64,000 nt of DNA from Octopus vulgaris (taxonomy: Eukaryota): the NCBI GenBank assembly GCA_951406725.2, contig OX597822.1:61070001-61134000 (forward strand), written 5' to 3'. Shown piece by piece: positions 1 to 12,232 of the stretch (positions are counted from its first letter, which is position 1; each line of letters begins with the position of its first letter). The notes under the pieces were generated by a model. That model was not told the origin of the DNA. It saw only the letters and a list, made by a program, of their open reading frames with translations, and did not search any database. A program made the translations under genes and the position numbers.

Positions 1-1329
1 TGATTGGCCCAGGGGTTTTAGTAGAAGACTCTTGCCCAAGGTGCTACACAGTGGGACTGAATCCAAAACTATGTGGCTGGAAAGAAAACTTACTTAACCA
101 TAAAGCCATGCCTGCACCCCATAATTATACTTACCATCAACATTATCATTTAACATCTGTTAACAATGCAGGCATGGGTTGGATGTCTTGACAGGATCCC
201 AAAAGACTGAGGACTGCTGAGTTACAATGTCTGCTTTGGCATAGTTTTAATGGTTGGTTGCCTTTCTTAACCGTTTTACAAAGTTTAATGGATGCTTTTT
301 GTTTTGTTTTGTTTTTTTTTTGTTTTTTTTTGTGATACCAGCACCTGTGCAATTGTCCCCCTTGACTGAGTGTCAGTGTGGCAGAAGGGTGGCTGGCTTT
401 ATGCCAGTTGTTGAAAGGCTAAAGTATGATAGACGGACAGGAACAGGTATCTTGCTGTAGAGGAGATACGTAGCTACCCTCTACTACATAATGATGGGTA
501 GAAATAGCCAGAAAAAGAGATAAGTGGTGGTGTCAGGGTACTCTCAATGTGCAATCAGGATTGAGGAAGGATGGGTGAGCAGGTGAGTTCACAAGAGTGA
601 AAGGAGAGTGGTGGATGGTTAGTGCTGAATGCAGAGAATGATGAGTAAGGGTGGCAGTGTGGTTGATGATGAATATCAATGGGCAGGGTGTAGGGAATAG
701 TAATGGGTCAGCATGGGAGGTGATAAGAGGTAGTACAGAAAGGGTGGAGAGCAGCTGTATAATAAAACTGTGGGTAGATGAGAAATAGGGAGCTGTTGTG
801 GGGAGGGCAAGGATGAATCAGATAGGGAGATCAGAGGTATATAGGGGTGGATATAGTGAGTGATGAAAAAGGTGGAAAGAGTTATCAATGGCAGATATGA
901 AAGAGTGTTACAGATGAGCTATGGCAGTCATAAGATGTAGTTCAAGGGAACAGATTAATCAATGGAAAAACAAAGTGGGAGAGGATATTTCAAGGAGAGA
1001 TAACTGGCATCACAAAAAGGGATGAAATGAATGCAGTTCTCACATAATTTCAATACTTGAATGAATTGTGCTGTATGTAAGTAGAAGAGGAATTGGTGTT
1101 AAAAAAGATGAGAGGTAGGAGAGGCTCAATAAAGACAGATTGGTTGCAAGGACAGAGATATAAACATAATGCTTTGGGATCCCATATTTATCATGACAAA
1201 GAGACCTTCTCAAGCACAGCAAATTACCAAATTATCATTGTCTTTTGTCATTTCCATAAAGCTCAACATCATGAGGTCAATCTTCACTACATCCTATGTC
1301 TTCCTGGATCTCCCTCTTCCACAAGTTCC

Positions 1330-1890
1330 ATCTACATTTAGTGATTGACACTTCTTTATGTAGCCACATCACATGGCTAAACCATCACAGTCTTCTCTCT
1401 TGTACACTAAGCCTGCTTCTCTTATGCCTAATTCTTCTTTCAATACTCTTGCACCTTGTCATACATGAACTCTAATGTTGCACATCCACCAGAGCATGCT
1501 TACTTCATTTCCTTCTCTCCTTCACATGTCCTCTGCTTTTAGGATCCACATTTCACTACCATGAATCATTGCTGGTCATACACATTCATCATACAATTGG
1601 CCCTTTAACTCTAAGACAGAAACATTTTGTTACTAACAGAGGTATATAGCTCTCTGAACTTTCTCCAGCTCATTTTTAGTTTAGTGACTATACTTTCAGA
1701 ATATCCACGTTCACTGCTAATTAACTCACTTAGGTAAGAAAAACTATCTACTATAACTGAGGATTCTCTCAGGCATTTGAGAAAACCAATTTCCTGTGTA
1801 TTCTTAACATTTATTTGCTCCTGCACCTCTGACACACACTTTTCTCTGTTAACTTTCCTGTGATTCCACTGCACCTTTTGTGAATCTATA
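1330..1890 (-). mobile_element. Degenerate RTE-clade LINE fragment (RT C-terminal part)
   Basis: ORF 1611-1874 VDSFSYLSELISSERGYSESIVTKLKMSWRKFREL resembles the RTE RT/thumb region. Confidence 0.65.
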
Positions 1891-1904
1891 GATTACACTG
1901 TAAG

Positions 1905-2275
1905 TTACTTGGTGACTTTGCTAGTGCTGGTGGTACAAAACAAGTACCCAATACATTACTGTAAAGTAGTTGGCATTAGGAAAGGCATCCAGCTATAGAA
2001 GCCATGCCAAAGATGACACTGGAGCACAATGCAGCTTGCTGGATCCTGTTAAACCATCTAATCCATGCCAGCATGGAAACATACATTAAAGGATGATGAC
2101 ACATTCACACACACACACACACTTGGAGTGGTTGGTATTAGGAAGGGCTTCCAGCCATAGAAACCATGCCAAATTAAACAGGAACCTGGTACAGCTATCT
2201 AGCTAACCAATTTCAGTTAAACTGCCTAACCCATGCCAGCATGGAAAGTGGACGCTAAATGATGATAATGATGAT
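1905..2275 (+). mobile_element. Two RTE-tail SINE-like copies ending in (GAT)n
   Basis: Shared motif GGCATTAGGAAGGGCATCCAGC...CCATGCCAGCATGGAAA...TAAATGATGAT. Related copies at about 145-330 (-), 19060-19362 (+) and 20860-20990 (-). Confidence 0.6.
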
Positions 2276-2291
2276 ATATATATCATTATCA

Positions 2292-2336
<45 letters not shown>

Positions 2337-2370
2337 GTACGTATATGTGAGTGTATGTGGTATGTATATA

Positions 2371-3600
2371 TTCATAAATAATGCGGTTTTTTTATACTTT
2401 TATTTTTCAAAATTAAGATAACAAAGTTCTCTCCTTCATTTTCTACAATGCTCTTCCATCTATCTGGTAGACTTCCAAAATTCACTTGTCCATGATGAAA
2501 AATACTCCCGCAGTACTGTTCTGACCTCATCTATAGAATTCATATTTTTTCCGTTCAAATGATTTTGAAGACTGCAGAATAAATGATAATCAGATGGGGC
2601 AATGTCCAGCGAATATGGCGGTTGGGGGATCGTTCCCCATTCCATCTGCTTCAGCCTTTATAATGTCATCCTCACTGTATGTGACCAAGCATTATCCTGA
2701 TGGACGAACACCTTTCATCTTGAAACCAAAGATGGTCGTTTTTCTTCTAGTGCTGACTTAAGCTGCTCAAGCTGCTTGCAGTAAACCCTTTTGTTTGGTC
2801 TGAGTTTAAAAGTTCTAAGTGGACTAAATCTTTCATATCCCACTAAACAGATAACAACACCTTACATAGATGAAGACTTCTTTAGCCTGGGGTGCCGGTG
2901 TTTCCCCCTTCCCTACCCACTGTCTTTGGCGCTTGACATTTTTATAGAGAACCCATTTCTTGTCACCAGTCACTATTTGGTCCAAAAAACATTCATTCAT
3001 GAGACGTGACAGCAAAGAAGAGCACACACATTCACTCTCTGCATGTGGTTCGACTGGGAAAGTTTGTGAGGAACCCATTGACTCAATTTGCTAACTTTTT
3101 CAATGACATGCAGGTGTCGATGAATAGTTGAATGACTATATCCAAGCTTCTCTGCTAGTTCTTCAAAAGTTATGATGGGATTTTGTTCCACCAGGGATTG
3201 CAGGACGTCCTTGTCAAGTTTTACAGATCTTCAAGGATGAAGCTCGTCTTCTAGACTGTAGTTTCCAGCTCAGAATTTCTGGAACCACTATTGACACTGG
3301 CTTACACTTATTGTCTGATCTCCATATACTGCATTTAATATTTCTCACACTTTCTGTTGTGTTGTTACCTTTATTGAAATCATAAAGCAAAATATGCCGA
3401 ATATGCTCCTTTGTCACTTCCATTATAGCTTTGAAAAAATAACTGTTGGAATTGAGCTGCACTCTTCAAACCTTGCACTAAGAATAAGGTAAAATTAATA
3501 GCTACTTTTATTGCAAGTTGATACAAGTAGTTTATCCTGTCCTCCTCCGACTTTTAGTTTATGCAATTGAAAGAAACATTATCTATGGGATGACTGAATA
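2371..3600 (-). mobile_element. Near full-length mariner (DD34D) transposon, pseudogenized
   Basis: Frameshifted transposase pieces MEVTKEHIRHILLYDF, WVPH, IVTGDKKWVLY, PPYSLDIAPSDYHLF. Partial TIR similarity (CATAAATAATG vs CATAGATAATG) at the ends. Confidence 0.9.
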
Positions 3601-4911
3601 TATATGGTGCAGTAAAAATGTTTTGTCAATGCTATACAGAATTTATACTACAGAATATATCTATAAATCTTTAGCCAATATTTTTGTATATAATAGATAT
3701 GGTGTCTTTACATGTCTAAACAAATAGTGTTGGCTAAATATCTAAATATATTCTGTAATGTGTGTGTGTTAAACACACACACACACTAACATGTATATAT
3801 ATAACAGAATATATTGAAACATATACTTGTATAAGAGAAAATTTGGAGAAACTGCAAATATCAATGGGGAACAAGAAACTATAAGATTAAAAAGAGACAG
3901 AAAAAGTGAGAGGAAGAAATTATTGGGGAGAGTAAATGGAGAAAAAAATTAAAAAAAGAAAACTTGCTATATATAAAATGAAAATGAGATGAGAAAATGG
4001 AGAGAGAATGAATGGATGGTTGGATAAAAAAGACAGACAAAAAGAGAGTGCATTAGTAAAAACAAAAAAAAATAGAAAGCATAAAGAATATCTCTATCAC
4101 ACAATGCAACTTACCATTAAGCAAAATGAATGAGTGTGAATGTGTGAGATCGTTAGAGAGGGAAAGAGATGGAAGTGGGGAAATTTGAGAAAGAGCTAGA
4201 AAAGAAAAGCAGGGAAGGAAGGCATGGAGAGAAAAAAATAAAAACATTTTTCAAAGATCAAGAGGAAAAAAGAAAATGCTGGAAAAACAATGAAGTGTAG
4301 CTTTTCAACTGATGTCGCTAAAGTAACTTCATTGTATTTTGGCGCTGTCTCTTTCTCTCTTCTCTTTCCTCTCCTTTTTGTTCATTGTCATGTCTTCTAT
4401 TGTTAATATATCAGGCATGACCGAGTGATTTACTTTGCTTGTAACGAAGTCCAGGGTTCCATCTCAGTGTGTGACGTCTTGAATATTCTATCATAGTGTC
4501 AAGTTGACAACGTGAGTAGAAAGGAGAAGGCCAACAGATGGGCTGTGGTCAGCTTTATCACTATACCTTGTCTATTCTACTTACCAGTATCTGAGGAATA
4601 CTCAACCACGTGCATTGTGATTTAACAAGAAGGCAGTTTAGTTGATCAATTGGGATACCATTGACAAGAAAAACAATAAAGGATGTATTAAATTCTTTTT
4701 AGGCTAAAATTTCTTTTTGCTTAGGTTTTCTTTGCAACTACGTGATTTTGAGTTGAGTCCCACAGCACAACACCCTGGACAAGCATTTTCTACTCTTGCC
4801 CTGGGCTGACCAATGCTGAGAGAATGAATTTGATAGACAGAAACTCTGTGCAAGCCCATTGCACACACACATTGCGCTTGTGTATGTGTATGTATTTGTA
4901 AGTATATGTGT

Positions 4912-5330
4912 ACAGAGCAACCTCACTTCTCAAACGTGTCACATGTCAAACAAATTGGTTTTTGAACAGAAAATTCGAGATGAATATGCCTCAGTTATCA
5001 AACAAAATTTCGGTTCTCTTACCTGAGCCAAAAAGACAGAAAAGGGAAGAAACCCCTGAAAGACAGTTACCAGAAGTTTTTATAGAAGGGGATTCGCCTC
5101 CTAAGAAACAACACACTTTTGTGTGTGTGTGTTGTTTACAGTTCAATAAGCATTAAAAACATATGCACATAATTTTGCACATCCCCACATGCACATGCAT
5201 AACAAATACATATTAGAAAAAAATGAGATGTTAAATGTTTTGTATAATTCCCAATGGAAATAAATAAATTGTTTGATTTTCACAATCAATAGCACTTGTC
5301 AATGATTGATCTGATCCATGATGAAGCAAT
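4912..5330 (+). mobile_element. Tigger/pogo-like transposon remnant
   Basis: TA-CAG start with a Tigger-like terminus; peptide PKRQKREETPERQLPEVFIEGDSPPKKQ resembles Tigger transposase C-termini (from recall, not a search). Confidence 0.45.
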
Positions 5331-6328
5331 TTAGCCCCATGTTGGACATGAATGAGCAAAATTCTAGAGATCTATGATCAAAAGCATTCCATCCATGGAC
5401 ATCCCGTCTTTTATCCTGACTACATTATTTAATGCCCTGTCCCTTTTTATTAATATGTCAGGGAATGATCTGAGATGTATTGCATTGCTAATTCTTGCAA
5501 GATGAGCTCTTCATTGGCTTATAATTGATTCAACTGACTTCTGTAATGAGAGGAAGGAAATAGGATATTAGAATGTTAATTAATATCCCAAAGGCATTAA
5601 TGAAATAATTGAAAATGTTAATGGACTGACAGAATAGAATCATTAGACAGATGGAGAAAATGTGTTGTATTAAGTTATGGCTCTTTAAGTTTTGGGTTCA
5701 AATATGGTCCAGATCAAGTTTGCCTTTTATCCATCCAGGATTGATAAAATAAAGTTTCAAATTTTGGTACAAGGCTTGCAGTTTTGAGGGAAATTGACAA
5801 GCTAAATACACTGACTTCAGTACTTGACTGGTACTTTATTTTATTGACCCTGAAAGGAAGAAAGGAAAAATCAGCCTTGGTGGGATTTGAACACAGAATG
5901 TAAGCTGCCAGAAGAAATACTGCTCAGCATTCTGTCAAGTACAGGAGATTTGATTTTCTAAAGAAAACAGGATAGAATAGCAATTATCAGGAATCTACTT
6001 CAGGCCATAGATTCCATGCTTGGAGGTTTATGCATCTCCTATTTCTTACTACTTTGATATATTTCAGTACATGAAAATGTACTATAAATTATAATTTATT
6101 AAGAAGTACCACCCTTTAGCCCTTACTGTTCCATCTAATTGGAAACTGGGAAAATGTAAACAAACATCTGCTTTTTAAAATTATTTCTGTGGACAGGAAA
6201 CAGAAACAGCAAAGCACCTACAACATGGCACCTTCCATACACACACACACAATGTATAATTTATATACATATACAAATGAATGTTCATATATTGTCATCA
6301 TTTAATGACTGTCTTCCATGATGATATG

Positions 6329-7153
6329 TCTACAACTCTTTCCTGCAATCAGACCTAGACACAATGCAGCAATGGATCACAGACTGGCAACTGAAACTGG
6401 CTGTGGACAAGTGTACCACCATGCATTTTTGGAGAAAAAACCCTGCGTCCACATACTCCCTCCACAACACTGATATCAAGAAATCCTCTTGCGAGCGTGA
6501 CCTAGGCATCACTGTCAGCAGTGATTTGCGTTGGACAAAGCATATCTCTAAAATTGTCAAGAAGGCCGAGGGTGTCTTGGCATCACTCAGCAAGACTTTT
6601 GTTAGCCGCTCTCCAGCCATCTATTTAAAACTGTATACAGCTATGGTATGACCACACTTGGAATTCGCATCATCAGTTTGGAACCCCTATCTTGCTCAGA
6701 ACATTGACCTCCTGGAATCTGTCCAGAGATGTGCAACCAAACGCATACCCTCCATCAGACACCTACCATATTCTGAGCGCCTTGTTTCCCTGGGCATGGA
6801 TTCACTGAAGCTCCGGCGTCTGGCGACGGACTTGGTGAACACCCACAAAGTTATCAACCACCTCACCAACAACAACACTGAACACATTTTTGATCTCCAT
6901 GTGTCTAACACACGTGGACATGCCTACAAAGTCAGAAAACAACACAGCTCCCATGACTTTCGGAAACATTTTTTCACGCTCAGAGTTGCTGAAGCATGGA
7001 ATAAACTGCCTGCGTCAGTTGTTGACTGCCATGACACTGCATCCTTTAAGGCCCTCATGCTTTCCGAAATCCGCCGAAACTACACCTGATTATATATACA
7101 CTTTAGATGAGTTGTAGTGCACCTGAGCACTGTACACAATTATTATTATTATT
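6329..7153 (+). mobile_element. 5'-truncated CR1-like LINE (ORF2 3' end with (ATT)n tail)
   Basis: LQSDLD..WQLKLAVDKC..ERDLGI..LEFASSVWNP..TRGH..FFTLRV..WNKLP with one internal stop. (ATT)n tail at about 7139-7153; flanking ATATG duplication at 6324-6328 and 7154-7158. Confidence 0.9.
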
Positions 7154-7307
7154 ATATGGGTTGGACAGTTTGACAAGAGCTAAAGAGCTTATAAACAAAA
7201 CATATGTTATGTATGTGACATCGATAATATTTATATATACTCATACATATATTCACACACACACATGTATGTGTAGATATGTGTGTGTGTGTGTGTGTGT
7301 GTGTCTG

Positions 7308-7642
7308 AAGGCATATGGCTCAGTGGTTAGAGTATCGAGCTTACGATCGTGAGGCTGTGAGTTCGAATCCTGGACCGGGCTGCATGTTGTGTTCTTGAGC
7401 AAGACACTTTATTTCACGTTGCTCCAGTTCACTCAGCTGTAGAAATGAGTTGCAACGTTACAGGTGCCAAGTTGTATCGACCTTTGCCTCCCCCTTGGAT
7501 GACACTGGTGGCGTGAAGAGGGGTGGCCGGTATGCATGGGCGACTGCTGGTCTTCCATAAACAACCTTGCCTGGACTTGTGCCTGGGAGGGTAACTTTCC
7601 AGGTGCAATCCCATGGTCTGTGTCATGACCGAAGGGGGTCTC
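7308..7642 (+). mobile_element. tRNA-derived SINE (family C)
   Basis: A-box TGGCTCAGTGG and B-box GTTCGAATCC head, then GTGTTCTTGAGCAAGACACTT core. Related copies at 42334-42585 (+) and 59896-60118 (-). Confidence 0.8.
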
Positions 7643-8133
7643 ATATATATATATACATATAACAGAATTCATTGAAGTAGATACTTTATGTTGAGATGTC
7701 CTTTCTATTACCAGCCATCACTGTTTCCAAGTAAGGTAATATTTCCCTTGGCTGCTTTCACAGAAGATTATTAGAAATGAAAGACATTTTATAACTGTAG
7801 CATGATTTCAAGGGGACACAAATACTCAGGGATAAAAACATCCCCACACACACCTACAACAGCCCCACCCACATATATACAGTAATCATTCGCCATGTCA
7901 TGGTCCACCTATTGTGCCCTCAGTACATCATGGATTTTTCTGGCTAATATATGTAAATTTATACTGCGGACTCCTCAGTATATTGTGGGTTTCTGCGACC
8001 AATAGGTATTTATATTTTTTTTAATTTTAATTATTTCTTTTGGTAAAATAAACATTTTCATGCCCAAAAATTAATAAATTAATAAATAAAAATATATAAC
8101 ACATTTATTAAAATATATTAAAAGAAAATACGT

Positions 8134-8275
8134 AGGCGCAGGAGTAGCTGTGTGGTAAGTAGCTTGCTTACCAACCACATGGTTCCCGGTTCAGTCCCAC
8201 TGCGTGGCACCTTGGGCAAGTGTCTTCTACTATAGCCTCATGCTGACCGAATCCTTGTGAGTGGATTTCTACAGA
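8134..8275 (+). mobile_element. tRNA-derived CORE-like SINE (family B), truncated by an RTE insertion
   Basis: GGCGCAGGAGTAGCTGTGTGGTAAG...GGTTCAGTCCC...ACCTTGGGCAAGT. Other copies at about 1-117, 9945-10265, 10647-11010, 15384-15730, 31486-31851, 32760-33040, 57840-57990 and 59380-59505. Confidence 0.8.
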
Positions 8276-9745
8276 TCGAGCAAGGCCACCTACCTGAGGG
8301 TGTGTGTGATGAGTTCGCCTTCATACTCACTCGAACTTTGGGCTTTGCTACATTGACTCTAAGTCCTTTTGATTCTAAACCTAACTTCCACACCCAAAAT
8401 TTCTTTTCTAATTACAGTAGTGATTTAACTATGAGGGCCAGGTCATCAGCATCGAGGAGCTTCCAGGGACAACCCGTCTTGAATTCCTCTGTTATAGCCT
8501 AGAGGACTATGATGAATAAAAGGGGACTGAGGATTGAACCTTGGTAGACCCCTACTTCTACTCAGAATTCTTCACTATGCTCATTGCCAATCCTAACCTT
8601 ACTAACGGCCTCCCTGTAAAGGGCCTGTACAGCCCTTATCAACCATTCATCAATCTCCAGTTTCCGCATCGCTCACCAGATAAGGGAATGGGGGACCCTG
8701 TCAAAAGCTTTCTCCAAGTCCACAAAAGCTAAGTATAGGGGTTTATCTTTAGCTAGGTATTTCTCTTGCAGTTATCGAACCAGGAATATGGCATCAGTGG
8801 TGCTTCTACCCAGCACAAAACCGAACTGCATCTCATCTAAGCAGACTCTCTCCCTAATGAGATGGGCTATAACCCTCTCAGTGACCTTCATCACCTGATC
8901 CAGCAGCTTGATACCCCTGTAGTTATTTCTATCTAGAGCATCACCTTTACCCATGTGGCAGCTGACTATAGTGCTGCTATGCCAGTCGTTGGGTATAACT
9001 CCATCATGAACTACCTGGTTTACAATGCGGGTGACTAGGCCTTGGCCCACACCACCAGATGTTTTAAGCATCTCAGCAGTGATTCCTGATGGGCCGGGGG
9101 CTTTTCCTGGCTTCATACCCTTAATTGCTTTATCTGCTAGGGAGCTGTCTATTCAGATATCTGGTCCCTCTACTAGGTCAACATTTGGCCAGCTCTCCTC
9201 TTTCCATTTATTCTCCACATTCAGCAGTCTTTCATAATGGCTTCTCCAAGCCTCTTTCTTTTCAGAATCATTAAAAGCAAGTGCACTATCATCCATGCGG
9301 ACATATTTCTCTCCTGTGACATCACAATTTTCTCTCACACACTGTCTTGCAATCCAAAATACCTGTTCTTTGGTCCTCACGTTGCTGGACATTGGCAAAC
9401 TTCTTTTCTGCTTCGCTCTTGGCTATGTATACCTGCCACCCAGCCTCCCTTTTGGCTACCTGGTACAGTTCCCTGCTACATGCTTAAAACATCTGGTGGT
9501 GTGGACCAAGGCCTAGTCACCCGCATTGTAAACCAGGTAGTTCATGATGGAGTCATACCCAACGACTGGCATAGCAGCACTATAGTCAGCTGCTACATGG
9601 GTAAAGGTGATGCTTTAGATAGAAATAACTACAGGGGTATCAAGCTGCTGGATCAGGTGCTACTCCCACCCTTCCAGGCTTTCCAGGCCTGTTTCTTTGC
9701 TCTAATGGCTTTGTCTACCATACTATTCCACCACCATCACACATA
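8276..9745 (-). mobile_element. RTE-clade LINE fragment (RT region) containing an inverted 180-bp duplication
   Basis: ORFs 8772-9116 (KAPGPSGI..NYRGIKLL..QFGF..STTDAIF) and 9153-9398 are non-LTR RT domains. Confidence 0.9.
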
Positions 9746-10646
9746 ACTGGATCATCAGAGAAAGAGCCCACAAGAAATAGTAGCCAAATTTACCTCAAAC
9801 CAGTATCCTATGAGCTTTTTTAAAATGGAAGAAGACATTGACCAACATAGCTCAAGTGGACAAATAGCATGTGTTTAGATGAACCAGATAGGTTGACCTA
9901 CTAAAATAAACTGCAATGAATTGAAATTAAGCATGAATATGATTTTCAGGTTCAGTCCCACTGCAGGCACCTTGGGCAAGTTTCTTTTCTACCATAGCCC
10001 AGGCTAATCAATGCCATGTGAGTAGATTTAGTTGATAAAAAATGGTGTGTAGGAATGTATGTATTTGTGTGTGTGTGTATGTGTGTTTGTCCACCCCATG
10101 CTTCACAACTGGTGTTGGTTTGTTTACATCACCATAGCTTAGTTGTTTGGCAAAAAAAGACTGCTAATAGAATAAGTTTCCAAAACACACACACACACAA
10201 GTGCCAGGGCCGATTTGTTTAATCAGACCTATTAAGGCAATATGCCCAGAATGGCTGAAATAAGTAAAAGAAACTAAAAGAAAGAACTAGAAAAAGAATA
10301 CAAAAACCAACCGAGCAGCAAATGTTAGTGATTCTGAAGGAAAAGGGGAGATAATTTCAGTACAGTAAGAATCATTTCCAAAGAAAATTGCTAATTTTCA
10401 AGCTTAGGAGAAAATCTGATCGTTATTAGCAGACAAAGTATGATGCTATAATAAAAAATTTTCTGGGAAATTAATTTCTATTCTTTTGATATTATCTCTG
10501 TACCACTTTGGTAGTCACTAACAACTAAAGGTAGGATTTTTTTCGCTTTCTTTCTCTAACTAATAGGCATCTATTGATTTTAAGGGTAATCTTTTGGCTT
10601 ATGCCATTGAATATATCGAAACCTATCTGATTTATCTTAATTTAAG

Positions 10647-11010
10647 TGGACTGCTTCAACCACATGGTTCCGGGTTCATTCCTACTGCGTGGCACCTTGG
10701 GCAAATGTCTTTCTTCTACTGTAGCCTTGGGTCGACCAAAGCCTTGTGAGTGGATTTGGTAGACAGAAACTGAAAGAAGCCCATCGTATATAAGTATATA
10801 TATATATGTTTGTGTGTCTGTGTTTGTCTCCGCAACATCGCTTGACAACTGATGCTGGTGTATTTTTGTCCTCGTAACTTAGTGGTTCGGCAAAAGAGAC
10901 CGACAGAATAGTACTAGGCTTACAAAGAATAAGTCCTGGGGTCGACTTACTCGACTAAAGGCGGTGCTCCAGCATGGCCGCAGTCAAATGACTGAAACAA
11001 GTAAAATAGT
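10647..11010 (+). mobile_element. SINE family B copy
   Basis: Near full-length match to the family B sequence seen at 8134 and 31486. Confidence 0.8.
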
Positions 11011-12232
11011 AACGAGTAGTCAAAACTGTTCTTAACATTTGTATATTTGATAAACTCTTTCCACTGATCAATAAGGCTTCAGATAACTATACTCTCCTTA
11101 CAAGACTAAATAGTACTGAAACATCCTTAGCCTTCACAGTGCCTACTAACAAATATTATATTTTACTCTAAACATAAAAATTTCACAATTTTCTGTGAAA
11201 TTAAGACATAATTCTTAAAATAATTATCTCCCCTTCCTTTGAGACCTGCTCACAAATACTGCAAACTCTTTCATTTTCCTTCTCAAGCACAGAACCAAAT
11301 TTGAAATAATTGAAATTCATTTATTTATTTATTTTTTGTACATGTCATTCAATACATTTCCCATTTTTCTGATGTCATGAGTAAACAAAAAGATGGATAG
11401 TGAAGGCTGGAGCATCTTTGATCATATATTTCTTCAGGCTAAATAACAACATCCATAAGCCAATAAGGGTACCTCTAAATGGTCACTTTATCTGCCAGAA
11501 ATAGTAACCAAATCTTTCTCACATCACATCCAGTCATCCATAAAAGTAAAGATTTATGAGATATATTGGATAAATTGGGCTAAAGTACACTATATTTGAA
11601 AGCTGTGAAAGACTACTTAACTATGTTACCTATAGGAGGGGTTTAATACACCCCAACCCATGTGATACTGGTGGTTTGTAACTTTCAGTTATAATACATT
11701 TGACATGGTTTGGGAGCTTTTCTATGTTTATGCACAGAGAATTTTAAGAGTCTGTCATCACATTACAACCCTCTCAAGTATGAAAATTGCATCCATGTAC
11801 ATGCTGCGTATTGCTTTAAGTGTAATTTCTTTTTATTGGTGTGATAGTAGATTGCTATAAGGTCATCACTTATTGCTTTTATGTGCATTTCAATCCTGGT
11901 GCAATTCAATACAGAAACTAAAAGCACCAGCAATTACCTACCACCATGTGAAATATCAAGTTTATACCAAATTCCAATCAAAAGATGGGTGGAGGGAATA
12001 TGACTTCCCTTGTGGGAAATAGGGTGTAATAATAACCTGAGAGGAACAGGATTAGATAATAAAGAATGGCACTAAAGGAGAGTGAGAAATAGGTGGATGG
12101 ACAAGAAACTAGGTGATTGCAGTAAATGAGAACAGTAGAGTGTGAGCTGTAGGAATTGAGTAAAAATGGTATATAAAATTGACAATAGAAATTTTTTATT
12201 AAAATATATTAAAACTGCAATTTAAGAGATTA

